From positions 6,448,001 to 6,512,000 of the forward strand of contig JBHGNT010000015.1 of assembly GCA_043228905.1 (NCBI GenBank): 64,000 nt of DNA. Direction: 5' to 3'. A program made the translations under genes and the position numbers. This document shows, in pieces, positions 37,726-49,700 of this stretch (its first letter is position 1; every line of letters starts with the position of its first letter). Source of the stretch: Azolla caroliniana (Eukaryota > Plantae > Polypodiophyta). A model generated the notes under the pieces. It was not told where the DNA came from. It ran no database searches and was given only the letters and a program-made list of their open reading frames with translations.

Positions 37726-38712
37726 ACAACACATATCTCTAGTCTATTCCGCTACACAAGAATCACCATTGATTCTTTACAAGATATCTCGACCAAGATA
37801 TCTCATATATGTTGGATTATATGGAATACTTGATGTATTGGACACTTTTTTTTGAGATTAGTGAGAAAACTATTAATTTGGAGAAAACAAAAAATGATGG
37901 CAACAAAGGCAATACACCCAAGACACTACCCCACTTTTACATACAAGGGAGAACTAATAATGGTGCAATGCTTAAAATATCAGGCAAAATGTATGCAATG
38001 AGTCAAGAATTTAAGTTGGTTGGAATAGTTATTATATGTTTGAGAATGAATGCAACCAAAGTGATACTTGAAGATGTGAAGTGGGATTGATACTAATCAA
38101 AGTTATGGTGGTTGAAGTGTTGCTTTTATGGAATGGAAATGTTGGGTGACATAGTACACTATCTCACTTAGTGCTAGAATGAAATAGAGAAAATCCAATT
38201 TTTGTTCTTATATAGACAATTGAGGATAAATTCCTCAACATCATATCATATCATGCTATATAAAAAATAGGTGCTCGACCCATAGAAGTACCAACCATGC
38301 AAAGAGTATATGAGTATATTACAAAAGTCAAGAATATGTTTGATCATAGACCGCCAAAACAAGCTTGGGAAACATGATGCAAGATGACAAAAAAACTAGC
38401 AAGAGAAAAATCCTCTCGTTCAGACTAGGTGCTTGACATGATGAAAGAGTGAGAGAGCTATTGGAGCTCTCGAGCAATGGCAATGAAGAAACATGATCAT
38501 TCAGACTAAAAATTACGAGAGGCACTGAAAGAAGTGGCATGATGCGAAAAGTGTTCGTATAATTGGAACATTAAGGCATTACAAAAGCATTAAGGCCCCG
38601 AACACGAGGTAAAACATTCTCATTCCACAACCCCAGTGAGAGTGTTGGGCACTCAGAGAGCCGTGACACACTTCTCTTCCATAGCATATTACAACTCGCT
38701 CAAAGTCAAGCC

Positions 38713-39137
38713 TCATCATCATCAGCAAAATCATCGTCGTCTTCTTCTTCTTCTTCTTCTTGTGTTGTTGCTTCATCATCATCATCATCATTCTCTTCTT
38801 CTTCTTCTTCTTCTTCTTCATCATCATCATCATGGGCAATACAAACATCACGTACGTATTCTGGGCTATTCAATGTGTTTTCATTGTATTGTGTATGTAT
38901 TGGCGCTTTCTTCTTTGCTCGGGGTTTCCTTTTGTCTAGGTCCCCTAAAGACAAAGAAACCCTTCTCCGTCCATTTTTTCACACATTTTGATTCTTCTGC
39001 TCTCTCTCTCCCTCTGTCTCTGTCTCTATCCCATCCATCCATCCATCCATCCCATCCATGCCATCCCATCCATCCATCCATCCATCCATCCCATCCATCC
39101 ATCCCATCCATCCCATCCCATCCCATCCCATCCATCC
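38713..39137 (+). repeat. Microsatellite cluster: (CAT)n, (CTT)n, (CT)n, (CATC/CATCC)n
   Basis: Directly visible. It accounts for the spurious poly-H/L/E/D and WMDG ORFs. Confidence 0.9.
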
Positions 39138-39881
39138 GTCGATCGACGGCTCTGCCCTTTCAATTGTTTTGAATTTTCTGACTGTGAAACAGAAAGTGGA
39201 TATAAAGAATAAAGAATAGCTTCCCCTGACTTCTTCTTCTTCTTCCTCCTCCTCCTCCTCTGAAACAGAATCAAATTCTTCTCTTGACCATTCCTTTTGT
39301 CAGTGTAGCCGCAAATCAAAGCAAACTGTGATGGATCAGAAAAGGTGAATACTTTTGATCCTATTGACTCAGACAAGCAAATAAAATAGAGAATGAGATG
39401 AAGGCATGGTGTTTTATGCTGCATTTCTTATTCGATATATTAGTTCTGTAGTTTTTGCAAGTTTTCTCTTCCTAGTTTTGTATTTCTTCTCTGCTTTTTT
39501 ATTCAAACGTGTCAAAAATGTATGAAGAAGGAAAAGCAGAGTGATCTAGATCGATCAAAGAAAAAGAGTCAGAAAAAGTATGAGAACGTTTCTCCTTTAT
39601 ATACTTGCTTGTAGTTTTTATGCTGTCTAGATTTTCCATTCTTTGAACCTCTTTCTTAGTAATTCTGTTGGAAAATATATAAAGGAAGCAAATGAATGAT
39701 AGATATAGCAAAGATTCAGAAAAAAGAATGACAACCAACTACTCTTTTCTTGTTTAGACCTATGTGTGTAGTTTTTCTTTTGGTCTACTTTTTATTTTCT
39801 TCATTATTTGTCTGGGTCTAGAAATCGTAGGTTCTGAATCAAAGGAGCAACTCTAAAGCATAGAGGATATTTGTTACAAGG

Positions 39882-42508
39882 ATGTGTAGATGTTTGAAAA
39901 ACTTCCTTGTTACCTTCACCTCCAATTCTTGCAAACAAGAAGCCAGGAAAACTTCGAACACAGGTAAAATTTCATATCAATATATACACATACACACACT
40001 TTTATATAATAACGTGAGCGTAAGATATTTTTTTATCTGTGTAATTCGATGATAATGCCATGAATCATTGTTTAATGCACGAAAAAAGTGATAAAATTTT
40101 CATTCACCAGATATGTTTCCTACATTTCTGATTTTTCTTCTTAATTTATGGAAAGCATTTCCTTGAAGATTTGGTTAATGCATGAATAAATGTAAAGATA
40201 GGTAGATTCTCATTTATAGACGTTTAGCTATTCAAAAATCCTTTCGAAAACGTGCAAATTTATTTATCTCTAAACATAAATAAATTCATCTCTTTTAAAG
40301 AACACTTACCCTGTTAACATTCCACAAGCTCTATGTGGTTCAACACTAAATGCCCTGTTAGAAGTATTAATATGATGCTCACCTTTTGTCCTTTCAACTC
40401 ACGAGTTTCTCATTATTTCCAATTCTTATGTTTTGATGTTCTCAACATCTCTCCCTGAAGGGCAATGACACTCCTTCCACACTTTTCATTCAGTATTCAT
40501 AGAGTTATATAACTACGCTTGAAATTAGACTGATTTGTTTTTTCCTTGCCAGTTTATTGCCCTTGAAAACAGTTTAGGTATGCAAGTTCAAATTGTCTGT
40601 TTGTGTTATTTCTTTCTTAGTTTTTTATTTTCTTTGGTTGAATCTTGTAGGCTGTAACATTTTAGCCATGCTCCTATAATAATCTTGGAAGTAGGTCATC
40701 ATTATGCAAATGTGCACTTAATTTGGAACCCCAATTCTCTCAATGTTGTCCTTTCTAAAGGATATTTCTTCTAGTTTTTTCAATTGCCTCCTTTGCAATT
40801 CCAGAGTGCCATGTGATTTATATTTGAAATGAAAATACCAGAGTAAATTTCACCAGGATATGGCACGTAATATATATGTTTAACTGTGCAGTGACATCAG
40901 AATCACATTTACCTACAAAGAATCATTTAGTTCAGCCAATCTCCCCAGAAATTCACCAGATGTCTGTTAAAGTCACTATGACATCTACTGATAATAAGGA
41001 AGAAAATATTTTGTCGGCGTGTGATGCACATGAGTCATTTGACATAGATGAAGAAACTTTTACGGATTCAAAGTTGCGTATTTTCACATATTGCGAGCTA
41101 TGTTTAGCAACTAGGAATTTTCATCCCGATAAGGCACTGGGAGAAGGAGGTTTTGGGACTGTCTATAAAGGTTGGATTGATGTGTTTGAATCCACTGAAG
41201 CGCAGATCTCTACCAACATTGTTGTTGCTGTGAAAATGTTGAATCAGAAGGGAATGCAAGGACATAGAGAATGGTTGGTATGGTTTCTCATCACATACTT
41301 TCATCTATTTTATATGTTCTTAAAGAATGATTTGTATGATTTCTCTTCACTTTTATTTTAGCTAACAATGAGAAGACTTGCCTTGTCCTCTCTTTGTCTC
41401 AGACAGAAGTTAAAATTTTAGGCCAGTTGCATCATCCGCACCTTGTGAAATTAATTGGTTATTCATATGAAAAAGAACATCGGCTGTTAGTGTATGAGTT
41501 CATGCAACTCGGAAGTCTTGATTCCCTTCTATTCCAACGTAAATTTTTGAATCCCTACAATAAGCATTCAGTTTCCATTTTCAATCTCATTCTGATGTAT
41601 GGTGTCTGATGTCATTATCCAGGAGCTGCATCACCTTTATCATGGGTGAATCGCATAAAGATTGCACTTGGTGCAGCAAAGGGGCTGGCTTTTCTTCATG
41701 GAGCAGAGAAACCTGTAATATATAGGGATTTCAAACCATCCAATATACTTATAGACTCGGTATGTATGTAAATAATTGCAAATGTATATATATTTCTTAT
41801 GCATGTGTGATATAAAACAGCTGTGTTTCAATGCGTATGCTATAGGATTACACAGCCAAACTATCAGACTTTGGACTGGCTAAACACGGACCAAAAGGCG
41901 ATAAAACTCATGTGACTACGCGTGTCATGGGAACACATGGTTATGCTGCACCTGAATACCTTATGACTGGTAAGCATTCAAGTTCACAGTATAAGCATAT
42001 GGCTAGGATTGTCTCCATGAAATAGACTTAATCCTTGCGTGTAGCGGTTAGTAGAATGCTAGTTCTAGTGTGTATAAGTTATCAATGAAACAGACTTCTG
42101 ATCCTAGTGCAGGTGCTTGGTTTTCTAAGGAAAGAAGGATAACACATGGTCTTTATGCTGGTTGTGTGAGCAGGCCATCTGACAACACAAAGTGATGTTT
42201 ATGGCTTTGGTGTTGTGCTTCTTGAGCTGATTACGGGTCGACAAGCAATAGATAAATCGAGACCTCGAAAAGAGCACTTTTTGGTAGAGTGGGCTATGCC
42301 ATATCTTTCTGACAAACGGAAATTACTTCACATTATCGATCCGAGGCTAGATGGAATGTATTCAGTAACTGGAGCCCAGAAAGTTGCAGATGTGACAAAA
42401 CTTTGCCTTAACCGAACTTCTAAACACAGGCCTCCTATGAAGGAAGTTGTGCAAATATTGGAGGTTGTTGCTGACATGAAAGGCATGTCTGATGCAACTT
42501 ACAGCTAA
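39882..42508 (+). CDS. Receptor-like cytoplasmic kinase, subfamily VII (PBL/BIK1/PBS1-like), 6 exons, 399 aa
   Basis: Exons 39882-39963, 40892-41277, 41403-41538, 41623-41759, 41846-41969, 42174-42508. All introns are GT-AG, the phases are compatible and the total is 1200 nt. Motifs [63 protein letters not shown]. Exon 1 (MCRCLKNF...) is less certain. Confidence 0.9.
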
Positions 42509-44566
42509 CTCACTTTATCATCAAGTTGTCCGATGCAACTTATCTCTATAAAGGTGTCAAATGTATAACTTATAGCACCCTATCTCTATCGAGGTCAGAA
42601 AATGATGCTTTTGACTGGGGGAAAAAAACTAGTAAACAGCCATGTAAGTGAAAAGAAGGCGATGGATCACCTGTTGAGCTATCCGTAAGAACGATGTGTT
42701 TACATATCATCAAGATCATTGGTTCAAGGAGCAAGTGTATATGAAAGCCTAGTGTCATGGATCAGTTATCAGGGTTTGTCCTTGGTTGGCACTTTCCCAT
42801 TCATTGTGGGATAGAATTGTGTGATTGGAATCAATGCGATCGCAAGTGATTTGCTTTTCATATCCAAGGCTTACAATTGAGTAATTGAACAAAAGAACGG
42901 AATTTTGCACACTTAACAGCAGCCCAAACAACTAATTTTCTTTCAAGCATCCTACTTTCTCAATTCCGTCTTGATTGAGATGTGAGTTGATATTGTCACA
43001 TAAATGACTCTAACAATAAAACCTTTACAAGTACATTGTGAGTTGATATTGTCACATAAATGGCTCTTTGCTTAAACCCTTTATGAGTGCATTGTAAAAT
43101 GATATTGTCATTGAAAAACTCAAGCATCAAGGAATGGATATGTGTATGCTACCATAGAAGATATAGATTTCATTGAAGAAAACAATGGCCTCTTATCTTA
43201 GCATGCAAGATTCTATTGCTTGGACGATGAAATCTATCATGAACATTGTTACACCATTTCATAATCTTCCCATTATTGTATCATCTCACATGGTGCTACA
43301 TTTTGACATTAGTTTTTATGATGGACAATAATCCACAGTGAATTTGTCTTTTTGGCCATGAAGCCTGTACATATATTATAGTTTCACAAACACCAACTTA
43401 ATGGAGACCACACTATGGAGGCTCTTGGCAAATGTCTATATTTCACCTTGAACACACAAGTGATTACTGTTATAATCATCGAAGGAACATGAATAACTAT
43501 TGTAACATTTTACATGTAGTATTGTAACTTTTCACATTATTGCAATATTACCCAGATTAGCTATTGTAGCACCTCCTATGATAGTTACAACAACATCTGA
43601 TATGATAACCATATAAAGCTAGTCTTTGGTTGATGCATCCAAAGACTAATCATGTTTTTCTTGAATATGGAATATAGATTCCTTCTCTTGCTTTCCTTTC
43701 TTATTCAAAATTGGTTATGGCTTTGGCCGTGTCTATTTGAACAAGAATCTCTTTTGTTCGAGGAATTTTACCAAAACGTCCACTAGCTCTATGTTTGTTA
43801 GTCAAGCATGTTGATATAACAAGTTTAAACACACACCTTGGGACACATGTCTACAAAAATCCATTCTTGTAACAACTAAATGGGAGATACCTTTGTCTTA
43901 ATGAAGGGAATATTTTAGATTTACCACTTCCTTTACGAAAATCCATTTGTGTAACAAGTGAATTGGAGATACCTTTGCCTTAATGAAGAGGATATTTTAG
44001 ATTTCCCACTTACTTTCCCATCATTAGTAGATTGAACCTAACTTCTATGTGTGCAACAATGAGCAAGACATAGAAAGACAATATGGAAGTAGGAACTCTA
44101 AAAGAAGGGGACTTCAACAATCGGAAGACACCATCAAATTAATCCAGAAAGTTGGCAATTTGATAAGGCCAACCACATCAAGAGGGCTTGCAAAAGAAGA
44201 AGAGTGTTGTGCCTAATGACTCACAACTCATCAATTAAGTTTCCAATAGTCACAAGCTACCTCTATGTTAGTGACCACAAATAAGTTTGACGTGTAGTTT
44301 TGTTAGAGCTTAATCCTAATGTAAGCATATGATAAGGAAATAATAGATAGATAGATAAGAGAGGAGAGAGAAAGAAGGGTGCCGATCCACTTGATCACCC
44401 CCAAGCGAAGGGATCAAGATGGACTCGAGCCTCGATCGGCGTCCCGTACCACCATCGTGGCATCAAGTTGTACCGGGTATTGGCGCGCACTCACTACAAG
44501 AGTTGATCACCACAAGATCAAAGTTTTGACGTAATCGATAATGTGTCAAATGAGGGTAGCTAGGCC

Positions 44567-45602
44567 TCATAACCTAAGGCCCCCAAGCATGTTCACACTT
44601 GGCCTTAATGGGTTGTCTAAATTCCTAGATTTATCCGTCCATTTAATTTTAATTTCTCTGATTATTTTAGAATGCACATGCTTCATTTTAACATTGAGAA
44701 TTCTCTTTGGTACATGTGGTTTAGAAGCTAAATCTTCAAAAGTAACCAGAGTTTTGGTTGTAACTGTATTGTCGCCAAAACCAAGTAGTTCTTTTAGACG
44801 ACTTACATGAAAAACTGGGATTTCGGCACCATCAGGAAGTGCGAAACGATAGGCTGATGAACCAATGCGTTTGAGGACTATGAAAGGTCCAGAAAACCAT
44901 GGGGCTAACTTAGCACACTTACTCGTAGACAATGTCTTAGAATTGTGAGGTACATGTAGATTACCTTCTATCCAAAGTTGAATACACGAGGTTGCCTATT
45001 ATGGTTGGTATAAAAACGTGCTCTATCTTGAGTTGTTTTTATATTATCTCGTGCAATATGCAACATATCTTGCATATCCCTTAGAAAGTTTTGCGTACTT
45101 CGCAACTCATCATGATGTATATTAACATCAATCGGGGTTCGTGGTTGAAAACCATATATCAACATAAAACGACTATAGCCTGTTGATGTATGTTTGGAGC
45201 TATTATAAACAAACTTCAAAATTGGGAGATATGTTCCCATTTTGTTGACTTTGCACCAACGTATACTCAAAGCATGTCCTCAATAATTTGATTTACTCGT
45301 TCTATATGTCTATCGGATTGAGGATGATCTGTGGAGCTCATGCTCAATGTAGTTTCTAACTTCTTGAAGACTTGCATCCAAAAGTCGCTAGTCAAATTTG
45401 GATCTCGATCATTCACAACATCCATTGATAACCCATAAAAACTAAATAACTCATCAATGAATTGTTAAGCCAATTCAGGAGCTATTACTGTGGTTTTAGT
45501 AGCAATAAATTTGGCCATTTTAGTTAGTCTATCAACCACAACCCAAATGCTATCATGGCCTTTTTGGGTGCGAGGAAGGCTAACATAAAATCCATGGATA
45601 TA
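44567..45602 (-). mobile_element. Old Ty3/gypsy (chromovirus-type) integrase fragment
   Basis: HDSIWVVVDRLTKMAKFI, FVYNSSKHTSTGYS, KLAPWFSGPF, VFHVSRLK, start of a chromodomain-like KIKW. Heavily decayed. Confidence 0.82.
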
Positions 45603-48101
45603 TGTGAAGATTAGTGTGCGGAAGCTAAAATAGACACAACCAATCACCTGGATAGCAATAGAAAACACTGAGAATCAATGGAGAACACATAGAGAATATA
45701 GAGTACTCGGGAGAGATAGAGGGAGAACAGAACACAGAAAACTCAATTTAAAAAATAACACTCTATACAGTCAAATGTGCTCAGAGAGCACTTTTAATAC
45801 AAGTCCATAAAGGACTGACTGATGTACTGACAAGCACTTCAATGCTCATAACTGAGCTATTGACACTAACTCCTAGGAATATAACTTCCTCATAATCTAG
45901 GATCATAGGCCTCTAATGGCCTACTGGCTCCACACGGATCTATCTCACTTATTCGGCTTCCTGATCCGATCCAGGCCTACCCGATCGGTCTCCACTCGAT
46001 CCGAACTGGCCCATGTTGAGCTTGCTCGCTCAACACTCCCCCTCAATCTCAACTTGAGGTCGGTCTGTCATGTCAAGATTCACCGGTCTTTGTCTTCGGC
46101 TCCTCCTAGTGTCATCACGCCTTGCTCACGCTCCTCGACCCATCTGGTTGGCTTGTATGCTCATTAAGCCCTTCTCAACTCCCTTGTTATCACAGTATTG
46201 GTGCCTCTTGACCCATCAAACCCTTCGTTTCGGGGTGTTGGCTTTGGCTGTCCTCTCATCCACTCATCCTTTATGTGATTTGGCTCTTCCAAATCACTCT
46301 TCTCGACCGAAACATCGGCCTCCAATTCGTTCCCGCTCTTGTCTGAATTGGTTGTTTCCAATTCTTCCTCCTTTTTCAGTTCCTTAACCACGTCCAACCA
46401 TGTCTTGGTCCTGGCCTTTTTCCTTCAGTTGGCTCTACCGCCTTTGCCCACTGCTCTGGCTCTTCCGGATGTGTCGACTTCTTCAGCCAATTTGGCATCT
46501 TCTTCGGCTTCCTCTTGTTGCTCTCCTCCACCTGTTCTCCCCCTTAAGTGTGGCACGTGGAGATGTTGTAACCCAAGAATCTCTGAAAAATGTTGCAACT
46601 TGTCCGATCCGAGTGCTTTGGTGAAGATGTCGGCAACTTGCCGATCGGTTCGAACATATCTAAGTTCGACATCACCTCTCAAGACCCGCTCGCGCACAAA
46701 GTGATAATGCACTTCTATGTGCTTCGTGCAAGCATGGAAAACGTGGTTCTTGGCCACCTGCATGCTACTGATATTGTTGTAGTAGATCGGAATCGGAGTG
46801 GGAACTTTGACCCATAAGTCTTGCAACAACTATTGAAGCAATATAGCTTCCCAAGTTGCGACGATGGATCCTCTATACTCAACCTCAGTGCTCGATAGGG
46901 CCACTGTCATCTGCTTCTTGCTGCTCCATGCTACAACACACTTCCCGAGCGAAAACATGAAGCCCGATGTCGACCGACGATCCGTGGCGTCTCCTGCCCA
47001 AGTCGGCGTTAGTGTAACCAACTAGCTATTCGGCTATGCCATGTCGATATAGCAGCCCCCGATCCTTCATGCCGCTCACGTATCGCAATATTTGAGTCAT
47101 GCACTGAAGGTTCTCGACAGTTGGTCTCTGTATGAACTGACTTATCACACCGACTGGGTGATGGTTAGATAGATGAGGCTTCCAAAAATTTGTCAAAACC
47201 GTTTCTCATTGCAGGCCACTCCCGAGTCAAGACGAAGTTTCTTGCTTCTATCGAGAGGAGTGGAGATGGACCATCATACCGAATTTGTATAGCATATTCA
47301 ATACATAATGTCGTTGCAATAACAATATGTCATCGGGGGTGTGGATCACTTCGATCCCGAGGAAGTAGTGAAGGTCCCCCAGTTCCTTCATCTCGAATGT
47401 GTTTGACAACTTAGACTTTACTCGGCCGATTTTAACAAGGTCAGATCCGGTGATGACCAGGTTGTCTATGTATAGCAAAATGCAAACTGGACCTTTCAGA
47501 ATTTTCTGAATGAACAAAGAAGAGTTGGATTTGGAGGCCAGAAGCCCCATCTGATGCAATTGGTGTGTAATTTTTGAGTTCCAAGCGTGGGGGGCTTGCT
47601 TGAGGCTGTAAAGCGACTTCTTTCGTCGACACACCGCCAATTGGTTCATTCCTGACGGAAATCAAGGGGGTTTGACCATAAATACTAGTTCTTCATTGAA
47701 GAAATGCATTGTTCACGTGCATCTGGTGGAGATGCCACCCCCTTGCCGCTACGACCGCCAGCACCACACGAACTGTCGTCATCTTTGTCTCCAGTGCGAA
47801 GGTGTCATCATAGTCAATGCCATGGGTCTGCGTGTATCCTTTGGCCACCAATCGGGCCTTGTATCGGTTGACCGAAATGTCAACATTGTATTGCCCTTTG
47901 TATACCCACTTACATCCGATTAGTTTGCTATGTAGGGGAAGGTCAACCAAGTCCCATGTGTTGTTGGCATCAAGTGCCCGTATTTCTTCCTCCATGGCTG
48001 ATTGCCACTTGGCATCCTGATCTGATGCACCTTTGTTTCTGCTGTAATCCGGCATCTTCATCTTCCCCTTCTCTTTGCACATATACCGTCTCCTCGGTTC
48101 C
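45603..48101 (-). mobile_element. Ty1/copia 3' portion (RT, RH, C-terminal extension, PPT, 3' LTR 45603-46035)
   Basis: [40 protein letters not shown], then TGTTGAGCGAGCAAGCTCAAC. The LTR is similar to 24978-25418. Confidence 0.88.
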
Positions 48102-48487
48102 TGAGAGGAATAACGTTCAGCCACAACCAAGTCTCAATAAAACAATAGAATAGAAATAAAGATTATTGCACTTACGTCGAATGAGACGACACAGTATGTT
48201 TATGTGGAAAACCTCAAGAGGCAAAACCACGGGAGTTCATAGACTCCGAATAGGATGACTATTGGGTAGAGGTTCTACAATGTGAGACTCGAAGGCAATG
48301 ACCTCAAGCTCTGTCTTCGCCAACCGGCGGTTACAACAGAAAAGCTTTTTGTATATCTCTCTCTCTCTCTCCCTTGGTCAGGATGTCTGATCGGTTTTCT
48401 TCCCTGTGGATCTTTACCAACGCGGAGTCTTGCTCTTCTACTCTATCTTGGAGCCAATGGTATCTATGCACTAGAGTGGTATGCCGT
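48102..48487 (-). repeat. LTR fragment related to the first copia's LTR
   Basis: Reverse complement shares TGTTGTAACCGCC, GAACTCCCGTGGTTTT and GGTTGTGGC..TTATTCC with 14440-14692. Confidence 0.7.
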
Positions 48488-48735
48488 TGTCGTGATGTGG
48501 CGTGCTCGAGAGTGGGAAAAACCGGCGAAAGGGGGGGGTCAAAATGTGCATGTGCAATGTGTGTGCACACAAAGGCGATTAATTGTGCATATGCAAAATA
48601 AAAGGGAAAAGACAGGGTGGAAAGGATGTATACAAGCTCGTGTAAAAAGTAAGAGAGAGGAGAGATAAAACGTAGAGGGGAAACATGCTAAGAATTTATA
48701 GAGATAGAATTATATATTATATAAAATAGAGGTAA

Positions 48736-48789
48736 TGGTCTAGTGGATAGTCACATTGACTTCTAGCTAGAGGTGCACGGTTCAAATCT
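48736..48789 (+). promoter_or_regulatory. tRNA-type A box/B box module in LTR U3
   Basis: TGGTCTAGTGG (48736-48746) and GGTTCAAATCT (48779-48789), 32 nt apart, ~80 nt upstream of CTATAAAAG. Confidence 0.6.
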
Positions 48790-49526
48790 AGTCTTATAGT
48801 GCAACGTGATTTAAGGAATTTTATTCCTTTTGCATTGAGGACAAAATTGGCTACCCCCCTTCTTTTTTTCCTATAAAAGGAGGTCGAGGGGGGCTCATTT
48901 TAGGGGGAGGACGTTTTTGGGAGGAGGAGACTATCACCATTTTTCCTTCGGAGCACTTCATCTTCTTCTTCACCACTTCTCTTCATCTCATACCCCTTCA
49001 TCCCCTCATCGCCACGTGCTCGTCTTCTTCGCGTCGGCACTTGAAGTGCTTGTGAGCCCAAGCTTCGTTGGTTCAACATTGCTTCACCCCATTCATCGTT
49101 GTGAGCCCATGTGCTCGCCGTTCGGGTGGTCGTGGTTCGTTGGGGTTGGCATATTGATGGTGCTCGTGTGTTCATCTTCGCCATGTTCGGTTTTGCTCTT
49201 GTCTCTAAGGGCATTTAGTATTTATGTTTGATTGAGCTTGTGCTTGACTAGAAGTTGCCATTGTAATCAAACCCTATTTTATAAAGGGTCCTCTAGCGTT
49301 GGAATCGAACACGTATTTATTTCTTTGGTCGATATCATTCGTGTTTCCTTCTTTCTTTCTTTCTTTTTTTCTCTGTCTGTGCCTTCCTTGTACATTCGGT
49401 CGTCTTGTGACAACGGAGCGTTTTGGGCGTGCCCATGAACCTCTCCTCCTCATAAAGACGTCAATGAATCGTGATCAACGAAAGCCACGAACCTCACAAA
49501 ACAAAGGGCAACGAGCCCTTGCTCAA

Positions 49527-49700
49527 AGAGGGTTCGTCGAGAGGCTTCGTAGAGAGGATTCGTAGAGTGGGTTCGAAGAGAGGATTCGTAGGGTGGGTTC
49601 ATAGAGAGGATTTGTAGAGAGAGTTCGTAGAGTGGGTTCGTAGAGTGAGGATGAGTGAGGATTTGTAGAGTGAGGATTCGTAGAGTGGGTTTGAAGAGTG
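49527..49700 (+). repeat. ~12/13-bp tandem array (GGrTTCGTAGAGw) in LTR U5
   Basis: About 12 degenerate units. Confidence 0.85.

Larger units (their letters stand above)
24978..37781 (+). mobile_element. Chimeric/deleted Ty1/copia: 5' LTR 24978-25418, PBS 25419, gag split by a gypsy insertion, RT C-terminus and RH, non-matching 3' LTR ~37364-37781
   Basis: The gag frame ELSNL|RQCDLSMADY resumes at 35749. PR, INT and the RT N-terminus are missing at ~36280. The two LTRs share only their termini, and the flanks ACTAT/AGATA do not match. Confidence 0.8.

Noticed and set aside
24978-37781. A single intact copia element
   Set aside because: The LTRs are dissimilar, there is no TSD, and PR-INT is missing.
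38579-39424. ORFs with poly-H/L/K/E/D and WMDG/HPS repeats
   Set aside because: These are translations of microsatellites with no domain content.
42485-42570. Possible premature stop or repeated C-terminal tail of the kinase (GATGCAACTTA x2)
   Set aside because: The kinase domain is complete before the stop, and readthrough adds only ~19 codons with no recognisable motif.
42980-44010. Short local duplications (TGTGAGTTGATATTGTCACATAAATG x2; ~80-bp unit x2 at 43855-44010)
   Set aside because: Ordinary tandem duplications in AT-rich intergenic DNA, with no TIR/TSD or coding signal.
44300-44566. Possible LTR of the old gypsy integrase fragment
   Set aside because: No second copy or TSD, and the boundaries cannot be defined.
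49527-49700. CRISPR-like or satellite array
   Set aside because: Short degenerate head-to-tail units with no unique spacers, inside a eukaryotic LTR.
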